A stretch of 64,000 nt of DNA, taken from assembly GCA_021324465.1 (NCBI GenBank), contig JAJPJB010000031.1:5307-69306 (forward strand). The letters run 5' to 3'. Shown here piece by piece: positions 54,729 to 62,984 of the stretch. The stretch is from Hyphomicrobiaceae bacterium. GTDB lineage: Bacteria; Pseudomonadota; Alphaproteobacteria; Rhizobiales; Xanthobacteraceae. The notes under the pieces were generated by a model. The model saw only the letters and a program-made list of their open reading frames with translations. It made no database searches and had not been told where the DNA came from. The position numbers were made by a program, and so were the translations under genes. How positions within the stretch are numbered: the stretch's first letter is position 1; the number at the start of each line of letters is the position of its first letter.

Positions 54729-56114
54729 GTGCAGCTGCTGCTCGTGTTTGTGCTCATTGACCTTGTCGCGGTGTTCATTGCCGGTGCTGTCGCCATCCTG
54801 CGGGCCCGCGCCCAAACGCGGGTCGAAATGGCCGCGTCGATGCGTCTTGCCGGGCTTTTGGTGGGCGACGCTGTCACTCTGCTCCGTCAGGCGCTTCCGG
54901 CCGAGCAGTTCTTGACGGTCTTGCCGGCACAACTGCGGTCGATGCGCCACGTTCGGATCACAGTGAAGGACGGCAAGAGCGACCCCATCCTCGCGCCGCT
55001 GTCCGGTGCCGCCGGTCAAGGCCCTGACATTCACGCACCTGCGCCCGCGTGGTTTGCGGCCCTGGTCGCCCCGCCGACCGAGATTGTGGACGTGCCGGTA
55101 ATGGTTGAGGGCGAGAAGCTCGGCGAAGTCGAAATCGTCGGCGAGCCAGCGGATGAAATCGCCGAAGTCTGGCAAAACATGGTCGTGATCGGCGGGGTGG
55201 CCGTTGCGCTAAACGTTGCGGTTGTCGGCATTCTCTACGTTCTGTTTGGGCGCGTGCTCAATCCGCTGACTGCGCTTGCAAGCGCCCTCTCCGATCTCGA
55301 GCGCCAGAGCTACAATGTGCGATTGCCGCCGCCGCAGGCGCGCGAACTTTTCGTCCTTACCAGTCACTTCAATTCGCTCGCCGTCGCACTTGAAACGGCG
55401 CGCACAGAAAACCTGCAACTCAATCGTCGGCTGATTACCGCTCAGGACGACGAGCGAAGGCGTACCGCGCTCGAGCTGCACGACGAAGTCGGGCCTTGCC
55501 TGTTCGGGCTTAAGGCTAACGCATCGTCGATTGCGAGCACCGCCAGGCAGCTCCCCGACAAACCAAGGCAGACCGTGTCGGAACGCCTGCGCGAGATGCT
55601 GACCATCGTTGATCATTTACAGGCCATCAATCGCAGTATGCTTGACCGGCTACGGCCGATGGCGCTTGGCCATGTCCCGCTCAAGGAGGTTCTCCGCCAG
55701 CTCGTACATGATCGGGCACGCCAAAATCCGCAGATGTCGTTCGCCTTCATTGCCGACGAGCTCTTGCACAGCTACGGCGATTCGATCGACCTCACCCTCT
55801 ATCGCTGCATCCAGGAAGGGCTGACCAATGCCATTCGCCACGGGCAGGCGAGCACCGTCTCAGTCAAGCTTGGCTGCGAACAGCCCGAGGGTCCGCTCGC
55901 ATTGACTGTGAGCGACGATGGGTGCGGGATCAGCCCTGACGCGCCGGCCGGGCTTGGCATGCGCGGCATGCGCGAACGGGTCGAAGGCTTGGGCGGCCGC
56001 TATGTCGTCGACAGCGGGCCCGGCCGCGGCACATGTCTGCGCATCACTATTCCTTTGGCCGAACCGCAAGACGGCGGGACGGACATGAAGCCATGGAACG
56101 GTACGCAGGCATGA
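54729..56114 (+). CDS. Sensor histidine kinase, NarX/DesK-like (TM-HAMP-HisKA_3-HATPase)
   Basis: VQLLLVFVLIDLVAVFIAGAV TM...HAMP...H-box ELHDEVGPCLFG...GLTNAIRHG...DDGCGI...GLGMRGMRERV. Start uncertain (in-frame GTGs near 54540-54729). The 685-aa track ORF overlaps pqqA/pqqB and is rejected. Confidence 0.8.
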   Translation: MQLLLVFVLIDLVAVFIAGAVAILRARAQTRVEMAASMRLAGLLVGDAVTLLRQALPAEQFLTVLPAQLRSMRHVRITVKDGKSDPILAPLSGAAGQGPDIHAPAPAWFAALVAPPTEIVDVPVMVEGEKLGEVEIVGEPADEIAEVWQNMVVIGGVAVALNVAVVGILYVLFGRVLNPLTALASALSDLERQSYNVRLPPPQARELFVLTSHFNSLAVALETARTENLQLNRRLITAQDDERRRTALELHDEVGPCLFGLKANASSIASTARQLPDKPRQTVSERLREMLTIVDHLQAINRSMLDRLRPMALGHVPLKEVLRQLVHDRARQNPQMSFAFIADELLHSYGDSIDLTLYRCIQEGLTNAIRHGQASTVSVKLGCEQPEGPLALTVSDDGCGISPDAPAGLGMRGMRERVEGLGGRYVVDSGPGRGTCLRITIPLAEPQDGGTDMKPWNGTQA

Positions 56115-56746
56115 GCCGCGTCCTTGTCATCGACGACCACCCTATTGTGCTGCAAGGCTGCCGGCGCATGCTGGAAGACGCTGGCGTAACTGATGTACTC
56201 GAGGCGCGCGACGTCGTCTCGGGCTACCGGCTCTACCGCCGCCATCATCCCGAAATGGTGATCGTCGATCTCGCCATGCGGGACAACGGGCTTGGCGGCC
56301 TCCAATTGATCCGGCGGATCGCCGCGCACGACCGGCGCGTGCGAATTCTCGTATTCAGCATGCACAGCGATCCTATTATCGTGACGCGCGCGCTCCAGGC
56401 TGGCGCAATGGGCTACGTGGTCAAAGACACCTCGGCGGATAGATTCCGAGACGCATTCGAGAAGGTCCGCGCCGGGGAGCCGTATTTGAGCAACGAGCTC
56501 GCCATGCAGGTGGCGCTTGCACACGCGCCAGCGCGGCATAATCCGCTCGCCGAGCTGACGCCGCGGGAGCTGCAAACCCTCTCGCTCCTGGCCAAGGGCA
56601 GGCCTTACAGCCGCATCGCCGAAGAGCTTAATGTTAGCTACAAGACAGTGGTCAACGTCAGTTCGCAGCTGAAGCAGAAGCTTGATGCTCAGAATCTACC
56701 GGAACTGATACGCACCGCCGTGCAATTGTTGTCGGCGGCCCGATGA
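56111..56746 (+). CDS. NarL/FixJ family response regulator (REC + LuxR-type HTH)
   Basis: ATGA overlap with the kinase stop. MSRVLVIDDHPIVLQGCRRML...VIVDLAM...LTPRELQTLSLLAKGRPYSRIAEELNVSYKTVVNVSSQLKQKL. Confidence 0.9.
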   Translation: MSRVLVIDDHPIVLQGCRRMLEDAGVTDVLEARDVVSGYRLYRRHHPEMVIVDLAMRDNGLGGLQLIRRIAAHDRRVRILVFSMHSDPIIVTRALQAGAMGYVVKDTSADRFRDAFEKVRAGEPYLSNELAMQVALAHAPARHNPLAELTPRELQTLSLLAKGRPYSRIAEELNVSYKTVVNVSSQLKQKLDAQNLPELIRTAVQLLSAAR

Positions 56747-56879
56747 TTTGGGCTGCGAACGCCGTCTGGACGGAGACCTGCCCGGTTGCCAAAAGTTCCC
56801 GGTTCCATTTGGAAAAACCTTCCGTGACGGCGCGAGGAAATAGCCCCAGAATTCGGTCGGCCGTGGGGACCGGTCGCCC

Positions 56880-59378
56880 GTGCGCAATATCATTGGTGTT
56901 GCTGGTGTACGCTTGTGGGGGGTTCGGGCAGCGTTTTGCCGAGTAGTGACGTTCGCTGTCGCCGGCGTGCTTGCGACGGCGGGGATCGCGGCCGCACAGG
57001 ACAACGCGGGCACAAAGCCGAGCACCGTTAAGCTTCCAGAAATCCGCGTCATCGGCACCACGCCGGTACCGCCGCCGCGCCGGGCCGCCGCACGCCCGGC
57101 TGCGGCAAGAGCTCCGGCAGCGGCCCCGGTTACCGCCCCGGAAGCCGCCGCCAGTACCGCCGCGCCGCAGCCCGGAGCCATCGATCGCGACAAAGTTCCG
57201 GCGAATGTCCAGACGCTCTCCGCGCCCGATTTCGACCATGCCCAGGCCCCGAGCCTGCTGGACGCCATTGCGCGTGGATTGCCCGGCGTGGCGCTCGGCG
57301 ACCAGACCGGCAATGAATTCCAGCGCGATCTCAATTATCGCGGCTACATCGCCTCGCCGGTCATCGGAACACCGCAAGGACTCGCGGTCTATCAGAACGG
57401 GGTCCGCATCAATGAGGTCTTTGGCGACATCGTCAATTGGGACCTCCTGCCAGAGAACGCCGTCAATGGCATGACCCTGGTTCCGAGCAACCCGATCTAT
57501 GGGCTCAATGCCATCGGTGGCGCACTCTCGCTCGAGATGAAGAATGGCTTCACCTATCACGGCACGGAGGGAGAGGTGATGGGCGGCGCGTTCGGCCGGA
57601 TTGGCACCTCGGTCCAGGCCGGCGGCCAGGCTGGAAATTTATCCGGCTACATCACAGCCGATGCGATCAATGATGCCGGCTGGCGCAACGACTCGCCATC
57701 GTACCTGCGGCGCGTTTATGCCGACGTCGGCGCGCGCACCGACCAGACCGAATTTCATGTCGCCTTCACCGGCGCCGACAACGGATTTGGCGCGCTCGTC
57801 GCGACCCCGGTGCAGATGCTGCAGCGGGACTGGGCGAGCATCTACACCGCTCCGCAGACAACGCACAATCAATTGGCCTTCCTCACCGCGAGCGGAAGCT
57901 GGACGCCGACCGATGCGCTTACGTTCCAAACCAATCTCTACTATCGCGGATTTTGGCAGCGCCACATCGATGGCAATGGCACGGCTGCGCAGAATAGCGG
58001 ATGCCCGGATCCGGCGCTGCTGTGCTTTCCCAATCTCGACGGCACCTTGTCCAATCTTACGACAATCGGTGGCGGCACGGTCCCGGCGACCGGCAGTCTC
58101 GGGCCGCCCAGTATTTTGGCGGAGATCGATCGCACTTGGACCTCCGCCAATAGCTTCGGCGGTTCGGTACAGGCGAGTTCCTCGGCGCGGCTGTTCGATC
58201 ACGACAACAACCTCACCATCGGGGTGAGCGTCGACCGCGGCCTTGTGCAGTTCACGACCCTGAGCGAGCTTGGCACACTCAACGCCGACACGTTTCCGTT
58301 CGTAGTCCGCAGCGGCCTTTTCATCGACCAGCCCTCGGGCGACGTGGCGCCAGTCAGGCTGGGCGGCAAGACGCTCTATACCGGCGTCTACGCGACGGAT
58401 ACGTTCGATGTCACGCCGCGCCTTTCCCTGACTACTGGCGCGCGATTCAACCTCGCGCAGATCGGTTTGCAGGACGAATTCGGCGACAATCCCGGCCTTA
58501 ACGGCAGCCACGCCTATAGCCGCCTCAACCCCACAGTCGGCGCGACGTATAAGCTGACGCCCGACCTCATCGTCTATGGCGGCTATTCGGAAGCAAACCG
58601 TGCCCCGACGCCGCTTGAGCTCTCCTGCTCTGACCCGACACGGCCCTGCTTGATCGACAATGCACTGGTCGGCGATCCACCGCTTCAACAAGTGGTGTCG
58701 CATACATTCGAGGCGGGCTTGCGCGGACACCATGATACGGCGAACAGCTCGCTCGCCTGGACGATCGGCGCATTTCACGCGCTGAACACCAACGACATCA
58801 TCGATGTTGCAAGCCCCCTGCCCGGTCACGAGTTCTTCCAGAATGGCGGCCCGACGCTGCGGAAGGGAATCGAAGCCAGCCTGTCCTACAAATGGAATCG
58901 CTGGAACCTTTACGCCAACTACATCTGGGTCGACGCGACCTATCTGAGCGCGTTGACGTTGTCGTCACCGAACAATCCCTTTGCCGATGCCAATGGCAAC
59001 ATTCAGGTCACTCCCGGAGATCATATCCCCGGGATTCCGAACTACCGGTTCAAGACCGGCTTCAATTATCAGATCACCGATTCTTGGAAGTTTGGCGCGG
59101 ACATCTATGCGATCGGCAGCCAATGGCTGGTCGGCGACAGCTCAAACCTGAACCCGAAGGTACCGGCCTATTGGATCGCGAACCTGCATTCGTCTTATCA
59201 ACTGTCGAAGAATGTCGAACTGTTTGGCCTTGTGAAAAACCTGTTCAATCGCCACTACTACGTGTCCGGTACATTCTTCGATACCAATTCATTTCCCTAT
59301 CTCAACCTGACCGATCCGCGCACCTTCCTTCCGGGCATGCCGCTCGCCGTTTACGCCGGGTTGCGCGGTAGGTGGTAG
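56880..59378 (+). CDS. TonB-dependent outer-membrane receptor with Pro/Ala-rich N-terminal linker (LutH-like candidate)
   Basis: Signal ...VLATAGIAAAQD, TonB-box-like VKLPEIRVIG, about 45-aa P/A-rich linker, plug (LDAIARGLPGVALGDQTGNEFQRDLNYRGY), barrel ending ...AVYAGLRGRW. Start 56880 (GTG) or 56946 (GTG). Confidence 0.85.
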   Translation: MRNIIGVAGVRLWGVRAAFCRVVTFAVAGVLATAGIAAAQDNAGTKPSTVKLPEIRVIGTTPVPPPRRAAARPAAARAPAAAPVTAPEAAASTAAPQPGAIDRDKVPANVQTLSAPDFDHAQAPSLLDAIARGLPGVALGDQTGNEFQRDLNYRGYIASPVIGTPQGLAVYQNGVRINEVFGDIVNWDLLPENAVNGMTLVPSNPIYGLNAIGGALSLEMKNGFTYHGTEGEVMGGAFGRIGTSVQAGGQAGNLSGYITADAINDAGWRNDSPSYLRRVYADVGARTDQTEFHVAFTGADNGFGALVATPVQMLQRDWASIYTAPQTTHNQLAFLTASGSWTPTDALTFQTNLYYRGFWQRHIDGNGTAAQNSGCPDPALLCFPNLDGTLSNLTTIGGGTVPATGSLGPPSILAEIDRTWTSANSFGGSVQASSSARLFDHDNNLTIGVSVDRGLVQFTTLSELGTLNADTFPFVVRSGLFIDQPSGDVAPVRLGGKTLYTGVYATDTFDVTPRLSLTTGARFNLAQIGLQDEFGDNPGLNGSHAYSRLNPTVGATYKLTPDLIVYGGYSEANRAPTPLELSCSDPTRPCLIDNALVGDPPLQQVVSHTFEAGLRGHHDTANSSLAWTIGAFHALNTNDIIDVASPLPGHEFFQNGGPTLRKGIEASLSYKWNRWNLYANYIWVDATYLSALTLSSPNNPFADANGNIQVTPGDHIPGIPNYRFKTGFNYQITDSWKFGADIYAIGSQWLVGDSSNLNPKVPAYWIANLHSSYQLSKNVELFGLVKNLFNRHYYVSGTFFDTNSFPYLNLTDPRTFLPGMPLAVYAGLRGRW

Positions 59379-59444
59379 GATGCCTTGCGGAGGCATCTTT
59401 AGCAACATACCTGACAACAAAACTCTTATTGACGAGGATCCCCT

Positions 59445-59849
59445 ATGGTTTCCCGACGCAAGGTAATCGCGGTAGCAATCACGGGTCTAATCACCGCGGC
59501 TACCGCGGCCCGTGCATGGGCGAAATGGGCGTCGCCGGTCGCGCGCTTCGACACCGACAAGGACAATACTGTCGACCTCGCCGAGGCCAAGAAGGCTGCC
59601 GGCAATCTGTTCGACAGGCTCGACACCGACAAGGACGGCACTCTCGATGTCAGGGAATTGCGCGGCAGGCTGAGCCGCAAGGACTTTGCGGCCGCCGATC
59701 CGGACAAGGACAAGACCTTGAGCAAGGACGAATATTTCGCGATTGTCGAGCAGCGCTTCAAAGCTGCCGACGGCGACAATGACGGCAGCATCAGCGCGGC
59801 CGAGTTTCGTACGCCCGCCGGGCGGGCCTTGCTCCGGTTGCTCGATTAA
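59445..59849 (+). CDS. lanM: Exported four-EF-hand protein, lanmodulin-like
   Basis: Loops DTDKDNTVDLAE, DTDKDGTLDVRE, DPDKDKTLSKDE and DGDNDGSISAAE spaced by 12-13 residues. C-terminal FRTPAGRALLRLLD. Aligns by eye along its length with my recollection of M. extorquens LanM. Confidence 0.75.
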   Translation: MVSRRKVIAVAITGLITAATAARAWAKWASPVARFDTDKDNTVDLAEAKKAAGNLFDRLDTDKDGTLDVRELRGRLSRKDFAAADPDKDKTLSKDEYFAIVEQRFKAADGDNDGSISAAEFRTPAGRALLRLLD

Positions 59850-59866
59850 GCTCTGATTGCGCCGGT

Positions 59867-60610
59867 CTATTGCGGGCCCGTCATCGCCAGGAAAGCCTGC
59901 TCGATCGTGCTCGCGCCGCAGTCCGCAACAAGCCGGGCCGGAGTCGTATCGGCGAGCACCTTGCCATGATGCAGCACAATGACGCGATCAGCTCCGGCTA
60001 CCTCGTCGCAAAGGTGGGTGGCCCATAGCACGGCGACCGAGCGGTCGGTGCGCATGCTCAACATCAACTTGAGAAGATCGCTGCGGCTCGCCGGATCGAG
60101 ACCGACGGTCGGCTCGTCCATCAGCAGCACCCGTGGATCGTGCAACAGGGCGCGCGCGAGTTCGACCCGACGGCGGTTGCCGCCGCTCAGGTGCGCCGTC
60201 TTGTCGTGAGCACGTTCGGCGAGCCCAAGCCGCGCTAGCTCCTTCTCGATGCGTTGCTTGGCCATGGCGCGCGGAATTCCGTGCAACCCGGCGTGGAACA
60301 AGAGATTGCCGGTAACGCTCAATTCGAGGTCGAGCGTCGGCTGCTGGAAGACGATGCCCAGCTTTGCCAAAGCCGGCACCGGGTTACGCAGCATATCTTG
60401 GCCGACGATCTCGATGCGACCGGAATCCGGCACAAACAGACCAGATAGCATCTGAAACAGCGTGGTCTTGCCGGCGCCGTTTGGACCAAGAAGGGCGATG
60501 AACTCGCCGGCGAATGCGCGCAGGCTGACGCCGTCCACCGCGCGAATAGCGCCATAGGTCTTTACAACGCCATCGAGAAGAAGCGCCGGCGCGAGCTGTT
60601 CGGTGGCCAT
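59867..60610 (-). CDS. ABC-2-type transporter ATP-binding protein (PQQ-dehydrogenase-system/PedB-like)
   Basis: MATEQLAPALLLDGVVKTYG...GPNGAGKTT...LSGGNRRRVELARAL...LLMDEPTVGLD. Confidence 0.85.
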   Translation of the reverse strand: MATEQLAPALLLDGVVKTYGAIRAVDGVSLRAFAGEFIALLGPNGAGKTTLFQMLSGLFVPDSGRIEIVGQDMLRNPVPALAKLGIVFQQPTLDLELSVTGNLLFHAGLHGIPRAMAKQRIEKELARLGLAERAHDKTAHLSGGNRRRVELARALLHDPRVLLMDEPTVGLDPASRSDLLKLMLSMRTDRSVAVLWATHLCDEVAGADRVIVLHHGKVLADTTPARLVADCGASTIEQAFLAMTGPQ

Positions 60611-60695
60611 CTCGTTAGAGCCCCTGGCTTGCAAGCCGTCCTAATTAAGACTTAGGCTTAAGCGGATGCAATAAACGATCGCCAGCAGGTCGATC

Positions 60696-61538
60696 ATGGC
60701 AAAAACCCCGGCGGCGCCTGGACAGGTTACTCACACACTGCGCGCGCTGCGCGCGGTGACCACGCGCGAGATCCTCAAATTCGTGCAACAGCGTGGACGG
60801 CTCCTTTCTGCTTTGGTGCGTCCGCTGATGTGGCTCGCGGTGTTCGCCGCCGGCTTTTACAACGTCTTCGGTGTCTCGATCATCCCGCCTTATAAGGTGT
60901 ACATCACCTACCAGGTCTATATCGTGCCTGGGCTGCTCGGCATCATCCTTCTGTTTCACGGCATGCAATCCTCGCTCTCGATGGTCTACGACCGCGAGAT
61001 GGGGGTGATGCGCCTTCTTCTGACTGCGCCGCTGCCGCGATGGGTTCTGCTGGGATGCAAGCTCGCGGCCGGAACCGCGCTCTCTGTGATCACTTGCTAC
61101 GTTTTCCTTGCGATCTGCATTTTCTTCGACGTGACGTTCGACCCGATCGCCTGGCTCGAAGTGCTGCCGGCGCTGATCATGTCGGGGCTTATGCTCGGTG
61201 CGCTTTGGCTGTTTCTGTCCGTCTACATTCGACAGGTTGAGAATTTCGCAGGCGCAATGAACTTCGTGATGTTCCCGATGTTCTTTTTCTCCTCCGCGCT
61301 CTATCCGCTGTGGAAGCTGCGCGAGGGCGGCTCAGAACTCATTTACTACGTGGCGCTCGCAAATCCTTTCACCTACGCGGTCGAGCTTATTCGCTTTGCC
61401 CTCTACAGCCAGTTTGAGCCGGTTTCAGCCGCCGTCGTGACAGGCGCCACCGTGCTGTTCTTTCTGCTTGCAGTGCTCGGCTACAACCCACAACGCGGCA
61501 TGATCCGCCGGACCGGGCCGGCCCCGCAGCCAGCGTAG
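60696..61538 (+). CDS. ABC-2-type transporter permease (PedC-like)
   Basis: 280 aa, six predicted TM segments. REILKFVQQRGRLLSALVRPLMWLAVFAAGF typical ABC-2 N-terminus. Divergent from its ATPase. Confidence 0.8.
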   Translation: MAKTPAAPGQVTHTLRALRAVTTREILKFVQQRGRLLSALVRPLMWLAVFAAGFYNVFGVSIIPPYKVYITYQVYIVPGLLGIILLFHGMQSSLSMVYDREMGVMRLLLTAPLPRWVLLGCKLAAGTALSVITCYVFLAICIFFDVTFDPIAWLEVLPALIMSGLMLGALWLFLSVYIRQVENFAGAMNFVMFPMFFFSSALYPLWKLREGGSELIYYVALANPFTYAVELIRFALYSQFEPVSAAVVTGATVLFFLLAVLGYNPQRGMIRRTGPAPQPA

Positions 61539-61540
61539 CG

Positions 61541-62278
61541 TCAGGCCTGCTTGCTGCTGCGCGTGATCTGGTTGCGAATAGCGGCGAGCTCATCGGCCGA
61601 ACGCGTGCGGCGCGGATTCGCGATCGGCACGTCGGCCATGACACGCGCCGGCGACGCGGAGAGCAAAATAACGCGGTCGGCCAGCAGCACGGCCTCATCG
61701 AGGTCATGTGTGACGAGAAGCGTTGTCACCGGCCGGCGTGCGACCAGTTCGACGAGTTCGGTACGCAGTCGCGCCGCCAGTTCGGCGTCAAGTGAAACAA
61801 ATGGCTCATCGAGTACGAGCAGATCGGGCTCGACCGCCAATGCACGGGCTAAGGCGACCCGGCGGGCAAGGCCAAGCGAAAGTTCGCCCGGATAATGGCG
61901 GCAATGTGCGGTCAACCCGAGCGCTGCGAACAGCGCGCCCAGCACCGCCTCGCTCGCCGCCGGCGCCGCAAGCCGCACGTTCTCTTCAACGGTGCGCCAC
62001 GGCAGCAGACGCGGCTCCTGAAAGACGAAGCCAACACTCCCGCACGCTCGCAGGTGCACGCTGCCTTCGAAATCGCGCTCCAGCCCGACGATGATGCGCA
62101 GCAACGTTGTTTTGCCGCAGCCGGACGGCCCGACAAGCGCCACGACCTCCCCGTTCGCCAGAGTGATGAAAAGATCGTCAAGCACATGCAGCCTGCCGCC
62201 GGAGGCGGTGCGATAGGACTTGTGCTTGATATGCACATCAAGCCGGCTTGCTACGCCAGCGGGAGACGTATCGTTCAA
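61541..62278 (-). CDS. NitT/TauT family ABC transporter ATP-binding protein
   Basis: GPSGCGKTTLLRIIVGLE, LSLGLARRVALARAL, LVLDEPFVSLD. Start uncertain (TTG 62278 or GTG 62236; track start 62317). Confidence 0.8.
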   Translation of the reverse strand: MNDTSPAGVASRLDVHIKHKSYRTASGGRLHVLDDLFITLANGEVVALVGPSGCGKTTLLRIIVGLERDFEGSVHLRACGSVGFVFQEPRLLPWRTVEENVRLAAPAASEAVLGALFAALGLTAHCRHYPGELSLGLARRVALARALAVEPDLLVLDEPFVSLDAELAARLRTELVELVARRPVTTLLVTHDLDEAVLLADRVILLSASPARVMADVPIANPRRTRSADELAAIRNQITRSSKQA

Positions 62279-62984
62279 GCGGCTGCACCAGGAGTGTTTC
62301 GATGGCGAGCATAACAATTACGAACGCCAGAGCATAGCCGAGGATACGCGTGACGTCGAATAGTTGGAACGCAACGCCGATTTCGAATCCGACGCCATTG
62401 GGCCGGCCAAGCAGCTCGACGATCAACACGATCTTCCACACCAGTGACAGTCCGGAACGCGCGGCCGCGGCCAGATACGGCGCAAGCTGCGGCAGCACCA
62501 CGTGACGCAGCCGCGCCCATTTGCTCATGCGGAACACCGTCGCCATTTCGTCCAGTGTACGATCGAGCGCTCGCGCCCCTTCGCGCACCGTGACGATTGC
62601 AACCGGCAGCTTGTTTAAGGCGACTGCCGCGATTGCAGCGGTCTCCGTCAAACCGGCCCATATATAAGCGAGGACGATGATGACCAGCGCGGGCAGATTG
62701 AGGAGAACGACCAGCCAAGGGTCCGCGAACTGATCGAAAAGAGGAATGCGGCCCATCGCCAGTCCGATCACGGTTCCCAATAGCATCGCGATCGCGAACG
62801 AGACGGCAACGCGCGCCAGCGTCACGGCGAGATTGAATTCGAGCGCTCCGGAGCGTGCCTCTTGAACAATCGCAAGGCCGACGGCTTGCGGCTCGGGCAA
62901 AAGTCGCGCGCCGACAAGGTGCGAACCTAACAGCCACAGCCCGAGCAGCAGCGCCAGCGAGCCCAGCCGCATGACGAGATTCAT
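62238..62984 (-). CDS. NitT/TauT family ABC transporter permease
   Basis: 248 aa. TMD with an EAA-like loop (LDEMATVFRMSKWARLRHVVLPQLAP). Confidence 0.8.
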   Translation of the reverse strand: MNLVMRLGSLALLLGLWLLGSHLVGARLLPEPQAVGLAIVQEARSGALEFNLAVTLARVAVSFAIAMLLGTVIGLAMGRIPLFDQFADPWLVVLLNLPALVIIVLAYIWAGLTETAAIAAVALNKLPVAIVTVREGARALDRTLDEMATVFRMSKWARLRHVVLPQLAPYLAAAARSGLSLVWKIVLIVELLGRPNGVGFEIGVAFQLFDVTRILGYALAFVIVMLAIETLLVQPLERYVSRWRSKPA

